A stretch of 64,000 nt of DNA, from assembly GCA_963754625.1 (NCBI GenBank), contig CAVWGR010000001.1, positions 129,513 to 193,512 on the forward strand, in the 5' to 3' direction. Shown here piece after piece: positions 19,310-28,463 of the stretch; position 1 is the stretch's first letter, and the number at the start of each line of letters is the position of its first letter. The position numbers and the translations under genes are program-made. The stretch is from an uncultured Alphaproteobacteria bacterium (GTDB taxonomy: Bacteria; Pseudomonadota; Alphaproteobacteria; Rhizobiales; Aestuariivirgaceae). The notes beneath the pieces were generated by a model that ran no database searches, had not been told where the DNA came from, and was given only the letters and a program-made list of their open reading frames with translations.

Positions 19310-20568
19310 GCGCCTTTGCCATCCGCAAAGGTGGCGATGGATTGTGCCAGTTCCGGGTGTTCCTTTGCGTAGGTTGCCAATGGAATGCCTTGCACTGCGG
19401 CGTCCCAAGCCTGGCGCACGGCCCGTACGCCCGCGCCTGCACCTCCGGGATGGGAGACGATGCCACCACCACAAAGATACATGAGATCGAGGCTGCGGCC
19501 TGTGCGTTGGTAAGTATCATGCGCCTGTCCGCCCCATTGACCGGAGCCGGCCACGGGAAGCGGGCAATCCTCCGGCCGGAACAGCGGGGCCGAGAGCGCC
19601 TTGAAGGATTGAACGAAGCTCTCGTCAGGTTCCCAGTATTTGACCCGGATGCCATTGATCTGAAATTGGTCAACACCGAGCAGTCGCCAGAATTGCTGCC
19701 AGACCTTGAAGTCCATGCCGAGGCCTGGATGACGGGTCAGCACATCCCAGCCATTGCGATGGGCGTGCAGCACGAGGCCTGAGCGCTTGCGCAGGAAGGC
19801 CATGGCGCCAAAGCCAATTGAGTTGATATTGATGACGGCACAATTGCCGCCGTGCTGAAGAACCAGATCATGGTTGCGCATCATCTCGTCCGGATCGGTC
19901 GCCGATATGCCCCAGGCATACATGACCTTCTTGCCGGTCTTCTGCTCGTGTTCCAGAACCAGCGGCATGATCGCCTTGACGCGCTCTTGCAGTGGTGAAT
20001 AAGCGGGAGACATCAGCTTCTCGTCATCCTTCACGAAATCTACACCAGCCCCGATCACATCGTTCACCAGCACAGCCGTTTCATGCGGGCGCAGACCCAA
20101 GGCAGGCTTGATGATGGTGCCGATGATGGGCCGGCCATACACCGAGGTGAGCTGGCGCGAACCGGCAATGCCGAATTGCGGGCCAGGCCAGGCGTCAGCA
20201 AATTGCAGCGGCAGTTTCATGTCGATCACACGAATACCGGTAAAGCCTTTGATGGAATAGACACCACCGATCGCAATGGTCATGAGGGCGGCGAGATCGG
20301 TGCCGATGGCATCGAACGGAAAGGTGATATCTGCTTCAGCGCGGTTGAATGGGCCAGTCTCAGGTGTTGGATAGGAGGGCGTGTCTATCGTCGGGAGTTG
20401 ACGGATTGCCACGACGCGGGCAGCAACGCGGTTCTTCAGTTCTTCGGTTTCTCCGGGTACGGGAACAAACGTGCCTGTCGATTGGTCACTGGCGATTTTC
20501 TGCGCCAGCTTCTCAGGGCTTCCCGCTGTTTCGATGAGATAGGTAATCTGGATCACGGATTGTGTCAT
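19306..20568 (-). CDS. RuBisCO-like protein (form IV), 3-oxo-isoapionate-4-phosphate decarboxylase/transcarboxylase type (OiaX/OiaT)
   Basis: ASDQSTGTF, GTIIKPALGL, DFVKDDEKL, LHAHRNG, GGGIVSHPGG. Lies among apiose-pathway genes. Confidence 0.88.
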   Translation of the reverse strand: MTQSVIQITYLIETAGSPEKLAQKIASDQSTGTFVPVPGETEELKNRVAARVVAIRQLPTIDTPSYPTPETGPFNRAEADITFPFDAIGTDLAALMTIAIGGVYSIKGFTGIRVIDMKLPLQFADAWPGPQFGIAGSRQLTSVYGRPIIGTIIKPALGLRPHETAVLVNDVIGAGVDFVKDDEKLMSPAYSPLQERVKAIMPLVLEHEQKTGKKVMYAWGISATDPDEMMRNHDLVLQHGGNCAVININSIGFGAMAFLRKRSGLVLHAHRNGWDVLTRHPGLGMDFKVWQQFWRLLGVDQFQINGIRVKYWEPDESFVQSFKALSAPLFRPEDCPLPVAGSGQWGGQAHDTYQRTGRSLDLMYLCGGGIVSHPGGAGAGVRAVRQAWDAAVQGIPLATYAKEHPELAQSIATFADGKGA

Positions 20569-20571
20569 GGA

Positions 20572-21606
20572 TCAGGCCAGGAGTTCAGAGAGCGAAATGG
20601 TGTGGCCCGTGGCGGCAGACTGGTAGACCGCTTCCACGAGGGCGAATGTCTTGAGGTTGTCGCGGCCTGATGTCTGTGGCTCTTTTCCCTCGCGCAGGCA
20701 ATCCGCCCAGTGCTGCTGGATCAGAGCAACGCTCTCCTGAATATTGTGCCAAGGCTTTGCGGCCCACGGCAACAGCGGTGGGGAAAGATCGTGGTGCGTG
20801 CTCTTGCCGCCGGATGTCAGTGTCAGCTGATAGCCTGCGCCCAGCCGCAACGTGCCGTGACTGCCATCGATTTCGATCAACGTCTGCGGAAAGAGTTCGT
20901 GCTGCAGTTGGGTGGCGTAGGAGCAATCGACGACTGAGGTGATGCCATTGCCATGGTCCAGCAAGATTGTGGCGACATCCTCGCCTTTGATCGCAGGGTT
21001 GACGCGTTTGATCCGTGCGCTGACGTTCACGACGTCACCGAGCAGATAACGCGCAACATCGAGGGCATGGATGCCGAGGTCTTCGACGATGAAGCGGGCA
21101 CCTTCCGCCAGATAGGGCTGGCCGGAGAAGACGTCATAGGCGGAGCGGAAAGAGACGCGGCCCCAGAAGACTTCACCAATGGCACCACTCGCAATGATGC
21201 GGTGCACCTCCTGGATTGCGGATTGCCAGCGGAAATTCTCATGTACCATCAGCGGCACGTTGGCTTCCTGGCAGGCTGAGACCATGGCCTTGGCATCCGG
21301 GAGTGTTGGTGCGATGGGCTTCTGGCAGATCACTGCCACATTGTAGCGTGCTGCCAATTCCACCAGGGCGCGGTGGCTCGGGGCGGTGGTGGCGATGTCG
21401 ACGAAGTCCGGCTTCACCTTTGCCAGCATTTCTTCTGCGTCGGAGAAACGTTTGATGATGCCGAATTGATCTCCCACCGAGGCGAGGCGGTCCGGGCTCT
21501 TGTCGCAAATCGCCACGATTTCTGCGCCGGTGACATCTTTCCAGCCATGCAGGTGATTGATGGCGAAGAAGCCGCATCCTATCAACGCGCCACGCAACTG
21601 TGCCAT
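20572..21606 (-). CDS. apsD: Gfo/Idh/MocA oxidoreductase, D-apiose dehydrogenase-like
   Basis: GALIGCGFFA, CQKP, HENFRWQ, DLGIHALD, PWHNIQESV. Resembles recalled rhizobial ApsD and fits the context. Confidence 0.8.
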   Translation of the reverse strand: MAQLRGALIGCGFFAINHLHGWKDVTGAEIVAICDKSPDRLASVGDQFGIIKRFSDAEEMLAKVKPDFVDIATTAPSHRALVELAARYNVAVICQKPIAPTLPDAKAMVSACQEANVPLMVHENFRWQSAIQEVHRIIASGAIGEVFWGRVSFRSAYDVFSGQPYLAEGARFIVEDLGIHALDVARYLLGDVVNVSARIKRVNPAIKGEDVATILLDHGNGITSVVDCSYATQLQHELFPQTLIEIDGSHGTLRLGAGYQLTLTSGGKSTHHDLSPPLLPWAAKPWHNIQESVALIQQHWADCLREGKEPQTSGRDNLKTFALVEAVYQSAATGHTISLSELLA

Positions 21607-21617
21607 GCCTCTGCCGA

Positions 21618-22445
21618 TCAGGTGATGCGTTTGATGCTGGCGGCGATTTCTTCCGGTGCGAAGATTCGCTTCCAGTCATCGCGCATCAGCATGGGTTTGC
21701 CGAATTCGATCGCCTTGTTGCAGGCATCTGAAAACACACCGGGCTGTTCCTTGAAAATCACGGCAGCAAGAATGTTCAGATGGCCAAGGAGGAAGTCGCG
21801 TGCAGCCTCGTGCGGTACGCCGCGGCGCACCACTTCATCCATGGCTTCGCGCATGACATCAAGCAGCGAGGCGGCCACGGTTTCGGCGAGGCCCGGCTCG
21901 AGAAGGGCCAGTTGTTCAACGGTTAAGCGGTGCGAGCGCATGACCGGTGCCCAGATGGTCTTGGCGACTGCTTCGCCTTTGACGTAGTCGCTCTCCGGAC
22001 CTTGCATGAGGGTGCAGACAATGGCCTGCTTTGCCGCCACGCCACCGAAGCGATCCAACTTTGCGGCCATTTCAGTTTCGTCATTGAAGATCGGCGGATG
22101 GCAGGGATGGGTGATGAAGTAGGTGATGTCCTTGCGATCGGGCAGATGTCCGGCGTAGGGCGCTGCCGCGTCGAGCACGATGATCATGGTCCCGGGTTTC
22201 AACTGGTCGATGATGCTGTTGGCGACCTTGCCGATGACTGTGTCAGGAACCGCCAACACCACGATCCCGGCGCCTGCAAGAGCGGTTTCTGCATCAACTG
22301 CTTTCCAATCCAGTTCTTCAGCAAGGCGTTGCTGGCCGGCCGCGCTGACTTCCACCGGGGCTACGGCATAACTGGAGTTTTTGAGGTTGCGGCCCAGCCT
22401 CATTCCCATCTTCCCACCGGCACCGAACAAGGCAATTCGTGTCAT
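21618..22445 (-). CDS. apnO: D-apionate oxidoisomerase
   Basis: ALFGAGGKMG, LDAAAP, THPCHPPIFNDE, LEPGLAET, FSDACNKA. Confidence 0.85.
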   Translation of the reverse strand: MTRIALFGAGGKMGMRLGRNLKNSSYAVAPVEVSAAGQQRLAEELDWKAVDAETALAGAGIVVLAVPDTVIGKVANSIIDQLKPGTMIIVLDAAAPYAGHLPDRKDITYFITHPCHPPIFNDETEMAAKLDRFGGVAAKQAIVCTLMQGPESDYVKGEAVAKTIWAPVMRSHRLTVEQLALLEPGLAETVAASLLDVMREAMDEVVRRGVPHEAARDFLLGHLNILAAVIFKEQPGVFSDACNKAIEFGKPMLMRDDWKRIFAPEEIAASIKRIT

Positions 22446-22571
22446 ATCTCAACTCCTGGTCTTCGAACTCACGGACTCTTTGGCGGTCTTGATGCAGAAA
22501 TGCAATCGTCACTCCACGCCTGCTTGACCTCGCCAAGACTGCTGCCATCATGTGACGTTCGAGGTTGCCCC

Positions 22572-24494
22572 ATGATAGAAAAACCAATCAGCCGTGCCCG
22601 CAAGCTCTTTGGCACAGATGTGCCGGATAGCAAGAAGCGCATGCTCACGGCGGGGCCGATTTCCGCTGTCTTCGACAATGGGGCGCTGCGTTACATCCGC
22701 TTTCATGGTGCGGAAGTTTTGCGTGGTATCGCCTTTCTGGTGCGCAACAGGAATTGGGGCACGTATGCGCCGGCATTCGGCAATTTGAAAGTGAAGCAGG
22801 GCAAGGGCAGCTTCAAGGTGAGTTACGACGCCATTTGCCGTGATGCCACGCAAGCCATTCTCTACAAGGCGCAAATTGAAGCGTCGGCCAAAGGAGTGGT
22901 GCGCTTTTCGGCCATCGCTACACCACTCAGTGATTTCATGACCAATCGCACAGGCTTTGTTGTGTTGCATCCACTGGTAGGGGTGGTGGGCGCACTGGTC
23001 AAAATTGTCCACACAGACGGCCGTACAGAGACGTCACGCTTTCCAAAATTCATCAATCCGGGCCAGCCTGCCTTCGGAATCCGCTCACTCAGGCACACGG
23101 TCTTGCCCGGCGTTGCTGCAACTGTGCTGATGGAAGGCAATACGTTTGAAATGGAGGACCAGCGCAACTGGATGGATGCGTCTTACAAGACCTATGTGTG
23201 TTCACTGCTCGATCCGTGGCCCTACACCTTGAAGGCAGGTGAACGTTTTGAACAGTCGGTCACTGTTACGATTGAAGGCGGACCAAAGGTCAAAAGGGCC
23301 AAAGAGTCCGGCGTCATTGCGGTGTCGGTTGGCGCTGCCAAAGGTCGTGTTCCGGCGATTGGTGTTGGAGTGCCAATGGCGCAAGCGGCGGCGACTCTGG
23401 ATGTGGGTGATCTGGTGGCGGCGGCCCAGCCCGCCCATCTCGTCTGCCAGATTGACGGCCGCAGCAGTGGCATAGAGCGTGCGGCGGCGGCGTTCCATGA
23501 ACTGAAAACGAAGACGGGCAAGCCCGTGACGCTGGAGATCATTCTGCCGGCCAAGGCTCCTGTCTTGGCCGAGGTGGCGGCGATTGCTGCTGATGTGCGT
23601 GCTGGCGGTCTCAAGCCCGATGCCATCGTCATCACACACAGGCATGATCTCAAGTCATTCCAGCCCAATGCGCCGCGACCGTGGGGACCGACCTATGAGG
23701 AAATGGCGGCGGCAGCACGACAGCACTTCCCCGGCGTGCCGGTGGGTGGTGGCATGCTGACCAATTTCACCGAACTCAATCGCAAACCCACGCCCAAGGG
23801 TGTGTTTGACTTTGTCACTCACAGTGTTTGTCCCATCGTTCACGCGGCTGACGACACTTCGGTCATGGAAACACTTCAAAGCATGCCGTCGATCATCGCG
23901 TCCATGCGCAACATGATCGGCAAGACGCCGTATCACCTTGGCCCTTCGGGCATTGCCTGCCGTGACAATCCTTATGGAGCCGCCGGGGCGGAAAATGCCG
24001 GCCTAGGGCGTGTCTGCCTCACTGAAAATGATCCAAGACAGCGCGGCATCTTTGCGGCGGCGTGGAATTTGGGATTGGTGGCAACAGCAGCGCGTGGCGG
24101 CATTGACGTGATGACATTGGGCGCTTGCACTGGCTATCAGGGTATCATTCTCGATGACGGCCTGGTACCAGCCTATCATGTGATTGCCGGACTTGCTGGA
24201 GCGAGCCGGGCCAGGCGGCTGGAGGCAACTTCGACTGTGCCGTCGAAAATTGAAGCGTTGGCCTATGAGTCGAAGGCCGGGCGCAGCCTGTGGCTCGCCA
24301 ACCTGACGGGCGAAACCCAAACAGTGAAAGTTGGCGGCTTTGCCGGTGCAGTAACGCAGCATCTTATCGATGAAGGCAACTTCGCCAAGCTGCGGCGAGA
24401 TCCTGCCTACATGAAGAAGGCTGGTACCCGTCTTAAAAAGGTGGGCTCCATCGTGTTGGCACCCTATGCTGTGGCTCGCATCGTGGCGGCGTGA
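22572..24494 (+). CDS. apnL: D-apionate lactonase-like protein
   Basis: LRYIRFHGAEVLRGI, RNWGT, TNRTGFVVLHP, FEMEDQRNW-DASYKTY, GMLTNFTELNR. Divergent from apnO. Confidence 0.75.
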   Translation: MIEKPISRARKLFGTDVPDSKKRMLTAGPISAVFDNGALRYIRFHGAEVLRGIAFLVRNRNWGTYAPAFGNLKVKQGKGSFKVSYDAICRDATQAILYKAQIEASAKGVVRFSAIATPLSDFMTNRTGFVVLHPLVGVVGALVKIVHTDGRTETSRFPKFINPGQPAFGIRSLRHTVLPGVAATVLMEGNTFEMEDQRNWMDASYKTYVCSLLDPWPYTLKAGERFEQSVTVTIEGGPKVKRAKESGVIAVSVGAAKGRVPAIGVGVPMAQAAATLDVGDLVAAAQPAHLVCQIDGRSSGIERAAAAFHELKTKTGKPVTLEIILPAKAPVLAEVAAIAADVRAGGLKPDAIVITHRHDLKSFQPNAPRPWGPTYEEMAAAARQHFPGVPVGGGMLTNFTELNRKPTPKGVFDFVTHSVCPIVHAADDTSVMETLQSMPSIIASMRNMIGKTPYHLGPSGIACRDNPYGAAGAENAGLGRVCLTENDPRQRGIFAAAWNLGLVATAARGGIDVMTLGACTGYQGIILDDGLVPAYHVIAGLAGASRARRLEATSTVPSKIEALAYESKAGRSLWLANLTGETQTVKVGGFAGAVTQHLIDEGNFAKLRRDPAYMKKAGTRLKKVGSIVLAPYAVARIVAA

Positions 24495-24581
24495 CAGGCT
24501 TTTTCAACGCAGCTCTGCTTCTTGGTGCTGGACGTCATGAAGTTGTCACTTCTAATGTCGCCTGCAACAGGGAGTTTCAGC

Positions 24582-25538
24582 ATGGGCACACCAACATCCT
24601 CCACCCCGTCTGCCGCCATGATTGGCACTGGCCTCATTGGCCGGTCGTGGGCTGTGGCCTTTGCGCGTGGGGGCTATCAGGTCCGCATGTTTGATCCTGT
24701 GGCTGGTGCGGCCGCAGCATCGTTGGCGCTCATTCCCACCATGCTGAAAGAATTGGCGGAGCACGGGCTGTTGCGCGGCCAGGCGCCAGAGACTGTGCTG
24801 GCGCGGCTATCGATTTCCGGAACATTGGCCGAGGCAGTGCAAGGCGCTGACTATGTGCAGGAAAGCGGCCCCGAAAATCGCGAGATCAAGGCCGCGTTGT
24901 TTGAAGACATCAGCAACCACGCTGGAGATCACACGGTTCTCGCCAGTTCGACATCAATCATCCTGCCGTCACTCTTTACCGGCCACATCGCGCGCAAGTC
25001 ACAGTGCGTAGTGGCCCATCCCCTCAATCCACCGCACCTCATCCCGGCGGTTGAAATCGTTCCGGCGCCGTGGACAGCACCGGAATTTGTTGCGAGGGCC
25101 CGCGCCATTCAGGAAGAGATCGGTCAACGGCCCATCGTCATGCTCAAGGAAATTGACGGCTTCCTGATGAACCGCCTGCAGGGAGCGCTGCTGGAGGAAT
25201 GTTTCCGCCTGCTGGAGGGTGGCTATGCATCGGCGGAGGATATTGATTCTGGTCTGAAGGATGGATTGGCGATGCGCTGGTCCTTCATGGGACCCTTCGA
25301 GACCATCGATCTCAACGCTCCAGGCGGCGTCCGTGACTACGTCGAGCGCTATAATGGTGGCTTCGTTAAGATTCTGGAAAAATCGAAATGGCGCGCCGAC
25401 TGGCTTGGCGCGCCGCTGGATGAGGTGGAAAAAAGCAGGCGTTCTGCGGTGCCCAAGGAAAAAATTCTGGAGCGGCAAAACTGGCGCGACAAGCAATTGA
25501 TGCTCCTGGCGGCCCACAAGGCTGCCTCCAAGGACTGA
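24582..25538 (+). CDS. 3-hydroxyacyl-CoA dehydrogenase family (lambda-crystallin/L-gulonate 3-dehydrogenase-like)
   Basis: IGTGLIGRSWA, QESGPE, ASSTS, AHPLNPPHL, GFLMNRLQ, RWSFMGPFETIDLNA. Confidence 0.85.
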   Translation: MGTPTSSTPSAAMIGTGLIGRSWAVAFARGGYQVRMFDPVAGAAAASLALIPTMLKELAEHGLLRGQAPETVLARLSISGTLAEAVQGADYVQESGPENREIKAALFEDISNHAGDHTVLASSTSIILPSLFTGHIARKSQCVVAHPLNPPHLIPAVEIVPAPWTAPEFVARARAIQEEIGQRPIVMLKEIDGFLMNRLQGALLEECFRLLEGGYASAEDIDSGLKDGLAMRWSFMGPFETIDLNAPGGVRDYVERYNGGFVKILEKSKWRADWLGAPLDEVEKSRRSAVPKEKILERQNWRDKQLMLLAAHKAASKD

Positions 25539-25554
25539 AACCGTCATTTCGCAC

Positions 25555-25640
25555 TTGCGTTGCGACGCGACTTCCGGTTATGGCGGTCGCGGGCTAGCCC
25601 TCCCCACCGGGGGCCAGTTCATCTGTAAGGATGGAGCAAC
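25555..25640 (+). promoter_or_regulatory. serC promoter and probable serC leader RNA
   Basis: TTGCGT-N17-TTATGG, then hairpins CCCC-acc-GGGG and CATC-tgtaag-GATG abutting the GGAG RBS. A serC leader motif is known in alphaproteobacteria; the covariance-model match was not checked. Confidence 0.5.
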
Positions 25641-26768
25641 ATGACAATACAAAAACCGGCAGTGCGCCCGGCAAACGCACAATTTTCTTCCGGCCCCTGC
25701 GCGAAAATTCCGGGCTGGACTCCCAATTCCCTCAATAATGCATTGACAGGCCGCTCGCACCGTTCTGGTGAGGGCAAGAAGCGCCTGAAGCGATCCATTG
25801 ATCTCACCCGCGAGATTCTTGGCGTTCCTGCTGACTACAAGATCGGCATCGTGCCTGCGTCTGATACCGGAGCCGTCGAGATGGCTCTGTGGTCGCTGCT
25901 CGGTGCGCGCGGTGTTGACATGTTGGCCTGGGAAAGCTTCGGCGAAGGCTGGGTCTCGGATGTGGTGAAGCAGTTGAAGCTTCCCGACGTGCGCAAGATG
26001 ATCGCACCCTATGGCGAACTGCCTGATCTCACCAAGGTCGATTTTACGCGCGATGTTGTCTTTACCTGGAATGGCACGACATCAGGCGTACGTGTGCCGG
26101 ATGCAAACTGGATTCCGGCAAACCGCGAAGGCCTCACCATTTGTGATGCAACGTCGGCGGCATTTGCGCAGGACATGGATTTTGCCAAGCTCGATGTCGT
26201 CACCTTCTCGTGGCAGAAAGTGCTCGGCGGCGAGGGCGCGCACGGTGTCATCATCCTGTCGCCGCGGGCTGTGGAACGGCTCGAAAACTACACACCGGCC
26301 TGGCCGATGCCAAAGATCTTCCGCATGACATCGGGTGGCAAACTCATCGCCGGAATTTTTGAAGGCGAGACCATCAACACGCCGTCCATGCTTTGCGTTG
26401 AAGACTATGTTGTGGCGCTGGAATGGGCCAAATCAATCGGCGGACTGGCCGGGCTCAGGGCTCGGGCCGATGCCAATGCTGCGGTGATTGACCGCTGGAT
26501 CGGTGCCAACACCTTTGCCCACCACCTCGCAAAGGTTCCAGCCCAACGCTCAAACACCTCAGTCTGCTTCACACTTGATGGCACGGAAGATGTGCCAAAG
26601 AAGATGGTGAAACTGCTGGAGGCTGAAGGCGCCGCCTTTGACATCGGCGGCTACCGTGATGCGCCACCGGGACTGCGCATCTGGTGTGGTGCCACTGTCG
26701 AAACAGCTGACTTGCAAGCCCTCGTACCTTGGCTCGACTGGGCATATCAAAAGGCGAGCAGGGCGTAG
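25641..26768 (+). CDS. serC: Phosphoserine aminotransferase
   Basis: [55 protein letters not shown]. Confidence 0.95.
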   Translation: MTIQKPAVRPANAQFSSGPCAKIPGWTPNSLNNALTGRSHRSGEGKKRLKRSIDLTREILGVPADYKIGIVPASDTGAVEMALWSLLGARGVDMLAWESFGEGWVSDVVKQLKLPDVRKMIAPYGELPDLTKVDFTRDVVFTWNGTTSGVRVPDANWIPANREGLTICDATSAAFAQDMDFAKLDVVTFSWQKVLGGEGAHGVIILSPRAVERLENYTPAWPMPKIFRMTSGGKLIAGIFEGETINTPSMLCVEDYVVALEWAKSIGGLAGLRARADANAAVIDRWIGANTFAHHLAKVPAQRSNTSVCFTLDGTEDVPKKMVKLLEAEGAAFDIGGYRDAPPGLRIWCGATVETADLQALVPWLDWAYQKASRA

Positions 26769-26845
26769 CGAGCAGCGAACAGGGGGCAACGGCCCCCCAT
26801 CGCACTCCCTCACTAATTCGCTACTCACTATTCGCTATTCGCTCC
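26766..26845. repeat. Heptamer-repeat imperfect palindrome (TAGCGAG/CTATTCG)
   Basis: Left arm tagcgagcagcgaacaggg and right arm ccct...ttcgctactcactattcgctattcgc, flanking a GGGGC/GCCCC hairpin. Confidence 0.55.
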
Positions 26846-26861
26846 TTAAAGGACAATTCCC

Positions 26862-28451
26862 ATGACTGCACCTCGCGTTCTCGTTTCCGACAAACTTTCT
26901 GAAGCCGCCGTCAAGATATTCAAGGATCGCGGCATTGACGTTGACTACAAGCCTGACCTCGGCAAGGACAAGGATGCACTGCTAGAGGCGATTGCCAACT
27001 ATGACGGCCTGGCCATCCGCTCGGCCACCAAGGTGACACCGAAAATTCTCGCGGCCGCATCGCGCCTCAAGGTCATTGGCCGCGCCGGTATCGGCGTCGA
27101 CAACGTTGATATTCCCGCTGCCAGCCAGCGCGGTATCGTTGTCATGAACACGCCATTCGGCAACGCCATCACCACGGCAGAGCATGCAATTTCAATGATG
27201 ATGGCGCTGGCCCGCCAAATTCCGGAAGCCAACGCTTCGACGCATGCCGGCAAGTGGGAGAAGAACCGCTTCATGGGGGTTGAACTCTACAACAAGACGC
27301 TCGGTGTCATCGGCTGCGGCAACATTGGGTCCATCGTTGCTGATCGCGCCCTCGGCCTCAAGATGAAGGTCATTGCCTTTGATCCCTTCCTGTCACCAGA
27401 GCGCGCCGTTGAAATCGGCGTTGAGAAAGTGGAGCTCAATGACATCTTCAAGCGTTCAGACTTCATCACCTTGCACACGCCGCTGACCGAGAAGACGCGC
27501 AATATTGTCAACGCCAACTCGCTCGCCTTGTGCCGCAAAGGCGTGCGCATCATCAATTGCGCACGCGGTGGCCTGGTCAACGAAGATGCACTTTACGAGG
27601 CCTTGAAGAGCAAACACGTCGCAGGTGCCGCACTCGACGTGTTCGAAGTTGAACCTGCAGTTTCGCACCCGCTTTTCAATCTGGAAAACGTGGTTGCAAC
27701 ACCGCACCTCGGTGCGTCCACCAGTGAAGCCCAGGAAAATGTGGCGCTCCAGGTGGCTGAGCAGATGGCAGATTTCCTGCTCACCGGTGCCGTCATCAAC
27801 GCTCTCAACATGCCATCAATTTCGGCGGTTGAAGCGCCCCGTCTTCGACCCTTTGTGGAACTGGCGAACAAGCTTGGGTCTTTCGCGGGCCAGCTTACCG
27901 ATGCAGCGATCACGGGCATTGTCATCGAATATGCCGGTGATGTGGGCGAAATGAACACCCGCGCGCTGACATCGGCGGCACTTGCTGGTGTGCTGCAGGC
28001 GCAACTTGGCACGGTCAACATGGTATCAGCACCTCTGGCGGCGAAGGAACGCGGCATCAAGGTTGACGAAGTGCGGCAAACCCGGCGCGGGGCATACGAA
28101 ACCTACATCCGTCTCACCGTGAAGACCGGAGATCAGGAACGCGCGGTTGCCGGTACCGTGTTCACGGACGGCAAGCCGCGCATCATCCAGATCAAGGGGA
28201 TTGAGCTTGAATCGGATTTCGGTCCGCGCATGCTCTACGTGTCCAACACTGACAAGCCAGGATTCATTGGCGCGCTTGGCACGATCTTCGGCAGTGCTGG
28301 CGTCAACATCGCCAGCTTCCATCTTGGGCGTCTGGCCGCTGGCGGCGACGCCATCGCACTGGTGGAGGTTGATGGCGAAGTGACGGAGCCGTTGCTCAAG
28401 GCCGTTCGGGCCATCCCGCAGGTGCGCCAGGCCAAACCGCTGGTGTTCTAG
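26862..28451 (+). CDS. serA: D-3-phosphoglycerate dehydrogenase
   Basis: RAGIGVDNVD, GVIGCGNIG, INCARGG, TPHLGAST, C-terminal ACT domain (DKPGFIG). Confidence 0.96.
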   Translation: MTAPRVLVSDKLSEAAVKIFKDRGIDVDYKPDLGKDKDALLEAIANYDGLAIRSATKVTPKILAAASRLKVIGRAGIGVDNVDIPAASQRGIVVMNTPFGNAITTAEHAISMMMALARQIPEANASTHAGKWEKNRFMGVELYNKTLGVIGCGNIGSIVADRALGLKMKVIAFDPFLSPERAVEIGVEKVELNDIFKRSDFITLHTPLTEKTRNIVNANSLALCRKGVRIINCARGGLVNEDALYEALKSKHVAGAALDVFEVEPAVSHPLFNLENVVATPHLGASTSEAQENVALQVAEQMADFLLTGAVINALNMPSISAVEAPRLRPFVELANKLGSFAGQLTDAAITGIVIEYAGDVGEMNTRALTSAALAGVLQAQLGTVNMVSAPLAAKERGIKVDEVRQTRRGAYETYIRLTVKTGDQERAVAGTVFTDGKPRIIQIKGIELESDFGPRMLYVSNTDKPGFIGALGTIFGSAGVNIASFHLGRLAAGGDAIALVEVDGEVTEPLLKAVRAIPQVRQAKPLVF

Positions 28452-28463
28452 AGCGCGACTCGG

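Noticed and set aside
19306-20568. Carbon-fixing RuBisCO
   Set aside because: No small subunit, prk or other cbb genes. The motifs and apiose-pathway neighbours fit a form IV RuBisCO-like protein.
21930-22571. N-terminal extension of the 854-aa ORF
   Set aside because: It overlaps apnO antisense. The recognisable protein starts at ATG 22572.
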